A DNA stretch of 43,901 nucleotides from Thermoanaerobaculia bacterium (lineage in GTDB: Bacteria; Acidobacteriota; Thermoanaerobaculia; UBA5066; Gp7-AA6): assembly GCA_038329555.1 (NCBI GenBank), contig JBBQNC010000003.1, positions 1-43,901 on the forward strand. The letters are read 5' to 3'. Made by a program: the position numbers and the translations under genes. Shown here one piece after another: positions 9,193 to 18,979 of the stretch. How positions within the stretch are numbered: the stretch's first letter is position 1; each line of letters opens with the position of its first letter. The notes beneath the pieces were generated by a model, which did not search any database, was not told the origin of the DNA, and saw only the letters and a program-made list of their open reading frames with translations.

Positions 9193-9270
9193 TGGGGTGA
9201 GTGGAGGGATTCGAACCCTCGACATCCAGATCCACAGTCTGGCGCTCTAACCGGCTGAGCTACACCCACC
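9193..9270 (-). tRNA. tRNA-His(GTG)
   Basis: Anticodon arm CCAGA-CTGTGGA-TCTGG, G-1:C73 identity pair, encoded CCA. Confidence 0.97.
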
Positions 9271-9365
9271 GTCGGGCCGGGCAATATACCAGACGGGGAA
9301 AGCCGGCGCCCCGGTCCCCCGGCGTCCGTTCAGCCGGCGCGCTTCATCCTGCTAGCCTAGCGGAC

Positions 9366-11363
9366 ATGCGGAGAAGAGTCGCGTTGGCCGTTACTGTTTG
9401 TCTCTTCCTGGCCTGCCGGAAGGCGGAGGAGCCGCGAGGGCCAGCCCCGGCGAGAGCGGCGTCCCCGGAGTCCCGGGACTCCGCCGACGTCGCGCGGACC
9501 CCGCGTCCGAAAGGAGGCCGCCAGCCCGTGATCTGGATCGGCCTCGACGGGCTCGATTTCGAGCTCCTCGACCGGTTCGCGTCGGACGGCACGATGCCGA
9601 ACTGGAAGCGCCTCGCGGCGGGGGGAGCGACGGCGCGTCTTGCGAGCTTCGTTCCGATCCTCTCCCCGATCCTCTGGACGACCGCCGCCACCGGCCTGGC
9701 CCCGGACGTCCATCGCGTTCTCGACTTCCAGGAGACCGACCCGAAGACGGGCTCGAAGGTCCCCATCTCGGGCCTCTCGCGGGCCGTGCCCGCCGTCTGG
9801 AACGTCGCCTCGGCCGCCGGACGCAGGGTCGGCGTCGTGGGCTGGTGGGCCACGCATCCCGCCGAGGTCGTCAACGGATTCTTCGTCTCCGATCACGCGA
9901 GTCCCATCCTCTTCGAACGGCTGTCGCTCGCGGGCGCCGCCTATCCGCCGGCCCTGGAAGAGGGCATCGCTCAGATCGCCGCGCGGGAGGGCGAGGTCTC
10001 CGACGCGGAGGTCGCGCGGTTTCTCGACGGAACCGCCGCAGACGTGTCGGCGGAACGGGCGGCCGGCGGCGGCCTCGAGAACAAGACGATCGCGCTCGCC
10101 CGGATCGTCGGCGCGACTCGGGTCTCCCACCGCATCGCGCGCGATCTCTACGACCGGGAGCACCCGGATCTTCTCGCCCTCTACATCGAGGGCACGGACG
10201 AGATCGGTCACGTCTTCGCGGCGGTGTCGCCGCCGAAGCTCTCCTGCGCCTCCGACGCCGACTTCGCCCGGTACGGGAACGTCGTCCGGCGGTACTACGG
10301 GATGGTGGACTCTCTTCTCGGCGCGTGGATGCGCCGTGCGGAGGAGGACGGCGCGACCCTCGTCGTGCACTCCGACCACGGCTTCAAGTGGGGCGACGAC
10401 CGGCCGTGCCGCCAGGCGTCGGGGAGCTGGACGACGGCCGCGTTCTGGCACCGTCTGGACGGCGTGTTCGCGGCGTGGGGGGCGCGGGTCTCGCCGCCGG
10501 GGGATCGCGGGAAGGCAAGCCTCTTCGACGTCGCCCCCACCGTCCTCGCCCTTCTCGACCTGCCTCCCGACCGCCGCATGCCCGGAAAAGCCCTGAGTTT
10601 CGCGTTCCGCGGCCTGCCCACGATCGCGCCGGCCGATACGCTTTCGCCGATCGTCGTTCGCCGTGTCTCGGCGGAACCGATGTCGGCAAAAGAGGCGAGC
10701 GAGTACGCGAAGAAGCTGATGGCGCTCGGATACCTCTCCGGCGGCGAGACGCGGCCGCTCGCCCCGACCGGGGGGGACCGTCCCGGCATGACGGAGGGCG
10801 CCTGGAACAACCTGGGCGTCTTCCTGCGCGACATGGCGCGAAAGCCCTCCTTCGCGAAGGCCGCCTTCGAGAGGTCCCTCGCGCTGCGTCCGGACTACTA
10901 CTCGCCCATGTACAACCTCGCCGTCCTCGCGCGCAGCGAAGGCCGGACGAAGGAAGCGGAGGACTGGCTGTTCCGGTCGCTCTCGGCGTCGCACGAGGAG
11001 CCGGAGCAGGCCGTGCTCGCGTGGTCGCACGAGTACCAGCAGGGAGGAAAGGCCGCGGCCGCGCGGTCGCTTCTCGTCCGGGCCGCGGCGCTCCATCCCG
11101 GGAGCGAGGAGATCGCGCGCGATCTCGCCTCGCTGCGGGCGCGGTCTCGGGAATGCGCCGACGCTCTCGCGGGACTGGGGCCCTTCGAGGCCGGGTCGAA
11201 GGATTTCCGGACGTTCAACACGCTCGCGCTCGCGCAGACCTGTCTCGCCAACCGCGCGGAGGTCGTGCGCCTTCTCGACCGGTCCCTGGCACTGAATCCG
11301 AACCAGCCGGAGGTCGCCCGATCGCTCGCCGTCGCCCGGGGCGATCGCCAACCGGGGAAATGA
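9366..11363 (+). CDS. Alkaline phosphatase superfamily (NPP/phosphodiesterase-like) lipoprotein with C-terminal TPRs
   Basis: Lipobox LFLAC; motifs IGLDG, LSPILWTTAATG, GTDEIGH, SDHGF, LMALGYL; TPR-like helices (AWNNLGV, MYNLAVL, LALNPNQPEV). The ORF-track start overlaps tRNA-His, so ATG 9366 was used. Confidence 0.85.
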   Translation: MRRRVALAVTVCLFLACRKAEEPRGPAPARAASPESRDSADVARTPRPKGGRQPVIWIGLDGLDFELLDRFASDGTMPNWKRLAAGGATARLASFVPILSPILWTTAATGLAPDVHRVLDFQETDPKTGSKVPISGLSRAVPAVWNVASAAGRRVGVVGWWATHPAEVVNGFFVSDHASPILFERLSLAGAAYPPALEEGIAQIAAREGEVSDAEVARFLDGTAADVSAERAAGGGLENKTIALARIVGATRVSHRIARDLYDREHPDLLALYIEGTDEIGHVFAAVSPPKLSCASDADFARYGNVVRRYYGMVDSLLGAWMRRAEEDGATLVVHSDHGFKWGDDRPCRQASGSWTTAAFWHRLDGVFAAWGARVSPPGDRGKASLFDVAPTVLALLDLPPDRRMPGKALSFAFRGLPTIAPADTLSPIVVRRVSAEPMSAKEASEYAKKLMALGYLSGGETRPLAPTGGDRPGMTEGAWNNLGVFLRDMARKPSFAKAAFERSLALRPDYYSPMYNLAVLARSEGRTKEAEDWLFRSLSASHEEPEQAVLAWSHEYQQGGKAAAARSLLVRAAALHPGSEEIARDLASLRARSRECADALAGLGPFEAGSKDFRTFNTLALAQTCLANRAEVVRLLDRSLALNPNQPEVARSLAVARGDRQPGK

Positions 11364-11391
11364 AAAAGCCGGGGGCGCCCGCCCCCGGCTT
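11363..11391 (-). terminator. Intrinsic terminator between convergent genes
   Basis: AAGCCGGGGG...CCCCCGGCTT hairpin followed by a U-tract on the minus strand. Confidence 0.75.
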
Positions 11392-11408
11392 GGATCGAAG
11401 CGGCCCCG

Positions 11409-14201
11409 TTAGAAGCTGAACAGTCCCGTGACGAGGAAACGGCGCGGGGGTGCGTAGCTCCGCGCCTGTCCGAATGCCGGATTCGGGATCGTATTTGCGC
11501 CGTCCGCAAACAGCACCTTGTCGACGCTCAGCGCCGGCTGCGTGTTGAAAACGTTCAACACGCGTCCCTCGAGACGGAAGGTCCCGAAGGCTCCGATGGG
11601 GATGTTCTGGGCGACCAGCAGGTCCAGGTTCGTCCAGGAGGGGAGGCGTCGGGTTCCCGCGGGCTCGGTGTACTGGTACGGAACCTCGTAGACCGGATCG
11701 TACTTCTGCGCCTGCCAGGGACGGCCGCTCTGGAACCGGAGATAGCCGCCGAGAATCGTGTTGGTCGGAAGCGTGTAGGAGCCGAACAGCTTGGCGACGT
11801 GCGTGCGATCTCCCTCGAGGACGCCCTGGCGAAACTGGTCCTGAACGAGCTGGCCGGGGCCGTCCTGGATGTAGGAGGAGGAGTAGAACAGCTGGACGTC
11901 GTAGTCGAGGTCCCAGTTTCCGTCGAGCCGAGAGAGCGTGTAAGACAGGTCCGCGGTCCAGGGGGCGCTCGTACCCGTCTTGCGGAGCTGGACGGTCAGC
12001 GCGCGGTACCGGCGCTTTGCCGGGATGTTGCCGTAACGGAAGTCGGACGGGTCGAGATCCACGAAGTTGCTGCCGTTGGCGGCGAAGTCTTCGATGACGT
12101 CCCGCGTCTTCCGGTAAACGCCGGAGGCCTCGACCGAGAAGCCCTGGCCGAGAGGCCGCGCATAACCGATCAGGTACTCGTCGGTGAAGGTCGGATCGAT
12201 GCCCGGGAGCACCCGCTTGTCCTGGTTGTTCGACCGCGTCACGTCTTTGATGAAGGCGCCGGTGGTGAGATTGAAATAGGCGTCGGTCCGGAACAGACGG
12301 ATCGGAGAGGCGGAGCGGGCGATCGACTGGTTATCGAGGTTGTCGTACCGCGCGAAGTTCGCGTAGACCTTGTCATGCGCGGTCTGATCGACCTCATACG
12401 CGACTCCCACCCGCGGCTGGAACTGCTTGGCCCAGTTGATGACGAGCGTGTCCCGGTACGTGCACGCGGCGGCCGCCGTCCCCGACGAGCACGTGGGAAT
12501 CGAGACCGAGTTGGGAACTGTGAAGTCGCCGCTCATGAAGACGAACGTCCCGCCGGCGGGGATGTACTCGTCCCGGTTGACGAGGAGGCCGAGGTTCAAA
12601 GTCAGCCGGTTCCAGCTCGCCTGGTCCTGGAGGAAGATTCCCCAGGTCCGCGCCTTCGAGATCTGCGGGGGCTGGTTCGGGCTGTATCGGGCGCGGTAGC
12701 ACGGTTTGACGGCGCCGCAGTTGCCGCTGGTCGAGACGGTGATCGAGCCCCAGCCGTTGGCGATCCGGGCGAGCTCTTCGCGATTCTTGCTGTAGGTCAC
12801 GCCCGCGCGGATATCGTGCGACGCGCCCAGAAAGTTCGCCAGATAGCTCGTCGTCAGCTTGTACTCGTCGCGGAAGAAGTCGTCGTTGTTGATCGCGAGA
12901 GCGGCGCTGCCGATCGCGCGGCCGGTATTCGGGTCCGTGAAAAGTCCCACGCGCTCCGGGTGAACCGGGTCGAAGGGCGGCTGGAACCCGAAGTCGATGA
13001 GCGGCGACGCGCCGTTGTGATTCTCGTTGTGGTTGAACTTCGCCTCGATGTTGAACTTCGACGTCGCCGTCCAGAACCAGGATGCGACGATGATGCGGTC
13101 GAGCTCCTTCGGGTTGTCGCCGGTCGACGCCGCGTCCTGGTTGATGTCCGCGTTCGTCTGCTTGACGGTGCGGTATCGGAAGGATCCCTCGAGAAGGTGG
13201 CTGGAAACGGGCGTCGCCGTGAGCTTTCCGAAGTACTCGTTGATGTCGAGGTCGGAATTCGGCAGCGCGTTGGGGTCCCCGCCGATGTTGAAGTCGTTGA
13301 AGCGCTCTTTTTCCGTCTGGTTGTAGACGTTGGCGGACGCGTAGAAGAACACGCGGTCCGGGAAGATCGGCCCGCCGACCCCCGCGCCGGGGCGGAGGCG
13401 GTTGATCTTGCTCGCGTTGTTCGGGTCCTTGCTCTTCGCCTCGAGGCTCGACGGCTGGTACTCGAGACGCGCTTCACCGTGGAAGGCGTTCGTCCCGGAC
13501 TTGGTGACCCCGTTGACGATGAAGCCGCCGGTCCGTCCGTACTCGGGGGAAATCCCTGCGCGCGTGATGTTGACTTCCTGGATGTCGAGCTCCGCGAAGT
13601 CCTGGAACACGTCGGCGAAGAACGGATTCGTGACGTTGACGCCGTCATAGAGGAACTGGTTGTCCTGACGGCCGCCGCCGGCGTTGAATCCGGGGTTGGT
13701 GTTCGAAACGGACACCCCGCTGTCGGCAACGCCCGGGGCGAGCTCCATCGTCCCGGCGAACGTGCGCGAGAGGGGCAGCTTCTCGAACGTGGCGCGATCC
13801 GTCACCGTCGACACGGACGTGGATTTCGTGTCGACCTCGGGTGTGGCGGCCGTGACGGTCACTTCGGCCGTAGCCGTCGCGCGCAGCAAAACGCGGACTT
13901 GCGTCTCCTTCTGGATGGAAACGACGACGTCCTGCTCGAACGCTCCCAGCCCCGAGAGCTCGGCCTTCAAGTGATAGGTCGCGGGAAGCAGACCGTAGAA
14001 CTGAAACGAACCGTCTTCCAGGCTCGTCGTCGAGCGGCCGAGAGGCATGCTCGGGCCGGTGATCGTGACGGTCACACCGGGCAGCGCACCGCCCTGGGCG
14101 TCTCGGACCGTGCCCGAGATCGATCCCGTTGTCTGAGCGAAAGCGAGCGGGACTGCGAGAGCGACGCACGCGATCGCGATGAGCAGGGGACGAAAACGCA
14201 T
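11409..14201 (-). CDS. Oar-like TonB-dependent receptor
   Basis: Signal peptide; QTTGSISGTVRDAQGGALPGVTV domain; AGISPEYGRTGGFIVNGVTKSGTN; QPRVGVAY; C-terminal aromatic beta-signal FSF. Confidence 0.9.
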   Translation of the reverse strand: MRFRPLLIAIACVALAVPLAFAQTTGSISGTVRDAQGGALPGVTVTITGPSMPLGRSTTSLEDGSFQFYGLLPATYHLKAELSGLGAFEQDVVVSIQKETQVRVLLRATATAEVTVTAATPEVDTKSTSVSTVTDRATFEKLPLSRTFAGTMELAPGVADSGVSVSNTNPGFNAGGGRQDNQFLYDGVNVTNPFFADVFQDFAELDIQEVNITRAGISPEYGRTGGFIVNGVTKSGTNAFHGEARLEYQPSSLEAKSKDPNNASKINRLRPGAGVGGPIFPDRVFFYASANVYNQTEKERFNDFNIGGDPNALPNSDLDINEYFGKLTATPVSSHLLEGSFRYRTVKQTNADINQDAASTGDNPKELDRIIVASWFWTATSKFNIEAKFNHNENHNGASPLIDFGFQPPFDPVHPERVGLFTDPNTGRAIGSAALAINNDDFFRDEYKLTTSYLANFLGASHDIRAGVTYSKNREELARIANGWGSITVSTSGNCGAVKPCYRARYSPNQPPQISKARTWGIFLQDQASWNRLTLNLGLLVNRDEYIPAGGTFVFMSGDFTVPNSVSIPTCSSGTAAAACTYRDTLVINWAKQFQPRVGVAYEVDQTAHDKVYANFARYDNLDNQSIARSASPIRLFRTDAYFNLTTGAFIKDVTRSNNQDKRVLPGIDPTFTDEYLIGYARPLGQGFSVEASGVYRKTRDVIEDFAANGSNFVDLDPSDFRYGNIPAKRRYRALTVQLRKTGTSAPWTADLSYTLSRLDGNWDLDYDVQLFYSSSYIQDGPGQLVQDQFRQGVLEGDRTHVAKLFGSYTLPTNTILGGYLRFQSGRPWQAQKYDPVYEVPYQYTEPAGTRRLPSWTNLDLLVAQNIPIGAFGTFRLEGRVLNVFNTQPALSVDKVLFADGANTIPNPAFGQARSYAPPRRFLVTGLFSF

Positions 14202-14298
14202 GGGCCTGTCTCCTTGTAATACGGGCTCTTAGCCCGCGAAGCGGATGGCGAATCAGGAACGCATGGGAAAAGAACGGAGGCGCGTGTTCGCGCGGATT

Positions 14299-15543
14299 TT
14301 ACTCTCGTTCCAAACGAACGAGGTCCTCGAAAGTTTCACGGCGCCGCACGACCCGAAATCCACCGAATTGGACGAGCACCTCCGCGGCGCGTCCGCGGAA
14401 GTTGTAGTTCGACGACATCGCGGACGCGTAGGCTCCCGTGTCCCGGATGGCGAGCAGGTCGCCCTCGGCCACGCCGGGCATCGGAAGATCGCGCGCGAAG
14501 AAGTCGCTCGTCTCGCAGATCGGTCCGACGACATCGGCGACGATCGGCGGTCCCGAGGGAGGGCCGACCGGCTCGATCGGATGAATGGCTCCGTAGAGCG
14601 CCGGCCGGATGAGATCGTTGATCCCGGCGTCGGCGATGACGAATTCCCTGCCGGCGTTGCGCTTTCGATAGAGCACCCGCGTCAGGAGCACGCCGGCGGG
14701 TCCGACGATCGCCCGTCCCGGCTCGATCAGCAGCCGGAGAGGGAGCCCCTCGACGTGGGGGAGCACCGCGGCCGCGTACTCTTCCGGAGACAGGCCTGGG
14801 CCCTCGGCGCTCGCGATCCCGATCCCTCCGCCGACGTCGAGGGTCTCCAGGGGAAACCCGCGCGCGAGGAGCTCCCCGGCGAGGAGGGCGAGCTCCCGGG
14901 CCGTCTCTCCCAGAGGACGCGGATCGCTGATCTGGCTGCCGATGTGCGCTTGGATTCCCGTCATCCGGAGGCGGGGGAAGCGCCGCGAACCTTCGTAGAT
15001 TTCGAGCGCGCGGGAGATGTCGACCCCGAACTTGTTGTGCTTCAGGCCGGTCGAGATGTACGGATGCGATCGCGGGTCGATGTCCGGGTTGACCCGGAGA
15101 GCCACCCGGGCGAGGCGGCCAACGGCCCCGGCGGCCGCGCCGATCTTCTCGATCTCGCGGTCGGACTCGGCGTTGAAGGCGAGTATCCCTCGTTCGATCC
15201 CGAAGCGGATCTCCTCGTCGGTCTTTCCCACGCCCGAGAAGACGACGCGCTCCGGCGAGAAGCCGGAATCGAGAGCCGCCCGGAGCTCGCCACCCGACAC
15301 CACGTCGGCTCCGGCGCCCAGGTTGGCGATGGCCCCGAGCAGGGAAAGGTTGGAGTTCGCCTTCGTGGCGTAGCAGACGAGATGGGGAACGCGGGCGAAC
15401 GCGGCGTCGAACCGCCGGAAGTTCTCCTCCACGAGGGCCCGGCTGTAGACGTAGACGGGCGTTCCGACCTCGCGGGCGATCGCCTCGAGCGGTACGCCGT
15501 CGCAGGTCAGCTGTCCGAAGCCGTCGCGGTCGAACCCGCTCAT
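14299..15543 (-). CDS. lysA: Diaminopimelate decarboxylase
   Basis: PLP lysine in YATKAN; DVVSGGEL, HIGSQI, LDVGGG, EPGR, GPICETSD, GAY..MSSNYN motifs. Confidence 0.95.
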   Translation of the reverse strand: MSGFDRDGFGQLTCDGVPLEAIAREVGTPVYVYSRALVEENFRRFDAAFARVPHLVCYATKANSNLSLLGAIANLGAGADVVSGGELRAALDSGFSPERVVFSGVGKTDEEIRFGIERGILAFNAESDREIEKIGAAAGAVGRLARVALRVNPDIDPRSHPYISTGLKHNKFGVDISRALEIYEGSRRFPRLRMTGIQAHIGSQISDPRPLGETARELALLAGELLARGFPLETLDVGGGIGIASAEGPGLSPEEYAAAVLPHVEGLPLRLLIEPGRAIVGPAGVLLTRVLYRKRNAGREFVIADAGINDLIRPALYGAIHPIEPVGPPSGPPIVADVVGPICETSDFFARDLPMPGVAEGDLLAIRDTGAYASAMSSNYNFRGRAAEVLVQFGGFRVVRRRETFEDLVRLERE

Positions 15544-15660
15544 GGGCGGGGACGATAGCAAACGTCGGCAAGCGATCCGCCGGACCCGACGTCGGTTCGC
15601 GAATCCCGTGTTCCGCCTGTCGAGCGATCTCCGACGATCCTGGGGTACGCCGTACGACCG

Positions 15661-17529
15661 TTACGGCGCGCCGAAGAGAACCCGCCGCTCGCCGGTCGAC
15701 GGGTCGAACCGGACGAGCTTCTGATCGTCGGAAAGGAAGAGCTTCGTCGGCTCCGAGCCGGGCGCGATGCGCTGAGGGTGCCACCACCAGATGAGGGGCC
15801 GCAGACCGTCGGCGACTTTCGTTGCGGTGCCGTTCGAGAGATCGACGAGGTGCAAGACGTGGCGTTCGGGGAGGCCCGGGCCGCCGGAGGGGAGATGGAC
15901 CGCGACCAGCAGCTGGTCTCGCGCCGTCTCGCCGCCGAGGCGAATCCGGCCCGTCGGTCCCAGCGGAACCCGGTTGAGCGGCGCGCCGTCGGGCGAGAAG
16001 GTCTGGAGCCAGGCGGACCGATCGTCGGAGAGACCGAGGACGATCTTCTCGTCGGAGAGGATGGCGACGGTGGAAGACCTCGCGGGCTCTCCCTCCCGGA
16101 GGGTCGAGCGAATCTGGAGAGTGCGCGCGTCCCGGATCGTGACCCGGCTTCCGCGACCCTCGTTCATCACGATCTGGTCCCGATCGCGGCTCCGAAGGAC
16201 GGGAGCGGCCGAGAGAAGGCCGTCCGAGGCGCCGACCGTCTCGATCTTCTTCGCCGCGACGTCCAGCTCCAGGACCTCTCGACGGGCGCGGCCCGGGATG
16301 GCCCCGGGTCGAATCCGCAGGATCCTCAAGACATCGGGCGACACGAAAGCGCCGGAAATCCCCTCGTCCTTGTCGCGGACCTGGACGGAGGCGAGTAGTC
16401 GTCCGGATTCGACTTCGTAGACCGCCAGGAGGCGCCCCGAGACCGCGGCGAGACGGGAGCCGTCGGCGGACAGGATGAGCGGCCACGTCCGACGGGAGAG
16501 GACGATCTTCGTCTCCCGCGCCCGCGCGGACGGGTCGTCCAGGCGGAGGGTGTGCACCGTCCGGGGGCCGTTCGCCGTCTCCGGCACGAGCCATGCGGCG
16601 AGGCGGCCGTCCGGTGTGGCCTCCAGGACCTCGGTCCTCACCCGCTGGTGGCGGGCGGATCGGGCGTCGTAGAGATAGGCCGCGTCGAGCCCCCGCGCGC
16701 GCCCTTCGACGGCCACCCAGCCCCGGTCGCCGACGGGGAAAGCCATGTCGATCCTCGAGAGCGCCGACGGCGGCGCGTTGAGCGCCCAGCTCGAGTAGAC
16801 CGCGAACCCGGCCGCGGCCGTCCCGAGAATTCCCCACAGGACCGCGGAGAGCGAGGCGTGCGCGATGCGGATGTCCGTTCGTCCCCGCGCGACCGCGCGA
16901 TACGAAGAGAGCACGAGCGCGGCTCCCACGACGACTCCCGCGGCCCACCAGACAGGCGCGGGGGCCTCGAACCCGGCGGCCCTCAGTCGGGAGACCGTCC
17001 AGACGCTCAACAGGGTGACCGCCGCGCTGAGCGCCAGGTCCACGACGGCGACCCCGGAGCGCGATCGAAAGATCGTCGCGAGGACGTTCGAACCGAAGAG
17101 GACCGCGAGGATCGATGCGGAGAGAATCGGAAGACCGATCGCGAGTTCCCCCGGGATGGCGCGGCCGCGATCCACCAGGGAAGCGAGGCCGAGGATCATC
17201 CCGAACGAGGCCCCGATCAGGAAAATGGCGCCCGCGAGCTTTCCGGCCCACAGCTCGACCGACGAGATCGGGCGCGAAAAGAAGAAGCCCATCCGTTTGG
17301 CCGCAAGGTCTCCGGCGAAGATCGACGCTCCCAGTCCGGCCGCGATCGCGGCGGACAGGCCCATGGAAAGCATGAACGCCGCGAAGTCGCGCGTCTCGCG
17401 CGCGGCGCCCGCGGGCAATTGACGAACGATGGGAATGAGGATCGGGATGGCCGACGCCACGGCCGCCGCCGCGAGCACGAACCGTTTCTCGAGGATCTCC
17501 CGCCGCGCGACCGCCAGGAACGTCTTCAT
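15661..17529 (-). CDS. ABC-2-type membrane subunit with large C-terminal beta-propeller-like domain
   Basis: MKTFLAVARREILEKR start overlaps the ATPase stop. FFFSRPIS...GKLAG motif, about 7-8 TM segments, then TPDG/SADG/SPDG repeats. Confidence 0.7.
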   Translation of the reverse strand: MKTFLAVARREILEKRFVLAAAAVASAIPILIPIVRQLPAGAARETRDFAAFMLSMGLSAAIAAGLGASIFAGDLAAKRMGFFFSRPISSVELWAGKLAGAIFLIGASFGMILGLASLVDRGRAIPGELAIGLPILSASILAVLFGSNVLATIFRSRSGVAVVDLALSAAVTLLSVWTVSRLRAAGFEAPAPVWWAAGVVVGAALVLSSYRAVARGRTDIRIAHASLSAVLWGILGTAAAGFAVYSSWALNAPPSALSRIDMAFPVGDRGWVAVEGRARGLDAAYLYDARSARHQRVRTEVLEATPDGRLAAWLVPETANGPRTVHTLRLDDPSARARETKIVLSRRTWPLILSADGSRLAAVSGRLLAVYEVESGRLLASVQVRDKDEGISGAFVSPDVLRILRIRPGAIPGRARREVLELDVAAKKIETVGASDGLLSAAPVLRSRDRDQIVMNEGRGSRVTIRDARTLQIRSTLREGEPARSSTVAILSDEKIVLGLSDDRSAWLQTFSPDGAPLNRVPLGPTGRIRLGGETARDQLLVAVHLPSGGPGLPERHVLHLVDLSNGTATKVADGLRPLIWWWHPQRIAPGSEPTKLFLSDDQKLVRFDPSTGERRVLFGAP

Positions 17530-18506
17530 CGAGTCTCCCCTCCGGCTTCCGCGGGGGCCTCTCCGGCCACCGCCAGGAAGATCTCCTCGAGCGACATCGC
17601 CGACGACTCGGCCTCCTCGACGCCGTCGATACGCCGGAAGCGGTCGAATTTCTCTTCCTCCCAGTCGGAGACGACCGCGTCGATCCCCCACCCGCGGACC
17701 TTGACCTGGACCGCCTCGAACTGATCGAGCTCGCTGCCGAACTCCGTGCGCGTTTCCGTCATCCGGTTGCCGTAGCGGATCCGGCGGAAGCGCGACTTGA
17801 GCGTCTCGACGTCTTCGTCGAGCGCCAGCCGCCCTCCCTTGAGGATCCCCACGCGCGTCGCGATCCCCTCGATCGACGCGAGGTCGTGCGTCGTCACGAA
17901 GACGGTCGTGCCGCGGTCGGCCAGGTCCTCGACCAGCTCCTCCCAGAAGGAACGCCGGGCGACGACGTCGAGACCCAGCGTGGGATCGTCCATGACGAGC
18001 AGGTCGGGCTGCGGGGCGAGCGCCATCGCGAGGAGCACCTGACCCTTCTGCCCCTTCGACAGCCGGCCGAACGGCGTCTTCGCCGGCACGCCGAAGCGGG
18101 CGAGACGCCGCGTGACCGAAGCGTCGTCCCAGGACGGGTAGAGGCGCCGGCAGAAGTCCGCGATCTGCCCGGCCGTCATCGACGGCGGTGCGTCCGGCTC
18201 CTCCGGCACGACGCCGACGCGGGCGAGCAACCGCGCCCGATGCCTCCAGACGCTCTCTCCGAAGAGACGCGCCTCCCCGGAGGTCGGCTTCTGCTCGCCG
18301 AGCAGGCAGCGGACGAGCGACGACTTGCCGGCGCCGTTGCGGCCGAGGAGCGTATAGACGCCGCCCCTCGCGATCGAGAACGACACGTCGGAGCACGCCT
18401 CGGTCGTGCCGTAGCGCACCGTGAGATGGCGGATCTCGCCGGGAGAACCCTCCTCCGGGCGGCTCGCTGGCGCGGCGGACGGTGAGGAGACCGCTTCGGA
18501 GATCAT
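17526..18506 (-). CDS. ABC transporter ATP-binding protein (YtrB-like)
   Basis: Walker A GRNGAGKSS, signature LSKGQK, Walker B LLVMDDP, H-loop TTHD. Confidence 0.92.
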   Translation of the reverse strand: MISEAVSSPSAAPASRPEEGSPGEIRHLTVRYGTTEACSDVSFSIARGGVYTLLGRNGAGKSSLVRCLLGEQKPTSGEARLFGESVWRHRARLLARVGVVPEEPDAPPSMTAGQIADFCRRLYPSWDDASVTRRLARFGVPAKTPFGRLSKGQKGQVLLAMALAPQPDLLVMDDPTLGLDVVARRSFWEELVEDLADRGTTVFVTTHDLASIEGIATRVGILKGGRLALDEDVETLKSRFRRIRYGNRMTETRTEFGSELDQFEAVQVKVRGWGIDAVVSDWEEEKFDRFRRIDGVEEAESSAMSLEEIFLAVAGEAPAEAGGETR

Positions 18507-18910
18507 CGTCCCTCCCTCTTCGCGCCGTTGCCGAGGCGCTTCCAGGCGGCGGCCAGCTCGCTTTCGGCGTCGCCGGACGTCGCTCCGAGCGACGCGGCGA
18601 GCGACGCGTATCGGTTCGCGCCTTCCTTCAGAACGCGGCCTCTTTCGGACCGCGCCATCGCGGGCGGCTCGGCCGCGACGAACGTGCCCTCCCCGCGCCG
18701 GACGGTGAGGAGGCCCGCGTCGGCGAGGCGCTGGTACGCCTTCGCCACCGTCGCCGGGTTGACGCGAAGGTCCTTCGCGAGCTCCCTCACGGAGGGAACG
18801 GGCCCGCCCGGCGCGAGCGCGGAGGAGCCGACGAGGCGGCGGATGCCCTCTTCGATCTGGCTCCAGATCGGCGTGGCGGACGCGAAATCGACGTGAAGGT
18901 GGCGGGTCAC
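18503..18910 (-). CDS. GntR-family regulator, YtrA subfamily
   Basis: PIWSQI...PSVRELAKDLRVNPATVAKAYQRL..GEGTFV with a short C-terminal helix, first gene of an ABC operon. Confidence 0.92.
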   Translation of the reverse strand: MTRHLHVDFASATPIWSQIEEGIRRLVGSSALAPGGPVPSVRELAKDLRVNPATVAKAYQRLADAGLLTVRRGEGTFVAAEPPAMARSERGRVLKEGANRYASLAASLGATSGDAESELAAAWKRLGNGAKREGR

Positions 18911-18951
18911 TGTATTACAGATATACTACACCGACTCACCGAGGGCGTCCA
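18911..18951 (-). promoter_or_regulatory. Sigma70 promoter overlapped by a YtrA-type operator
   Basis: TGGACG-N17-TAGTAT on the minus strand. Inverted repeat TGTA-N12-TACA (18911-18930) covers the -10 and the start region. Confidence 0.6.
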
Positions 18952-18979
18952 GCCCCTGCCGGGGGCCCCCGGATGGCGT

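Noticed and set aside
9201-9365. N-terminal extension of the AlkP ORF
   Set aside because: It is antisense to tRNA-His; the signal peptide starts at 9366.
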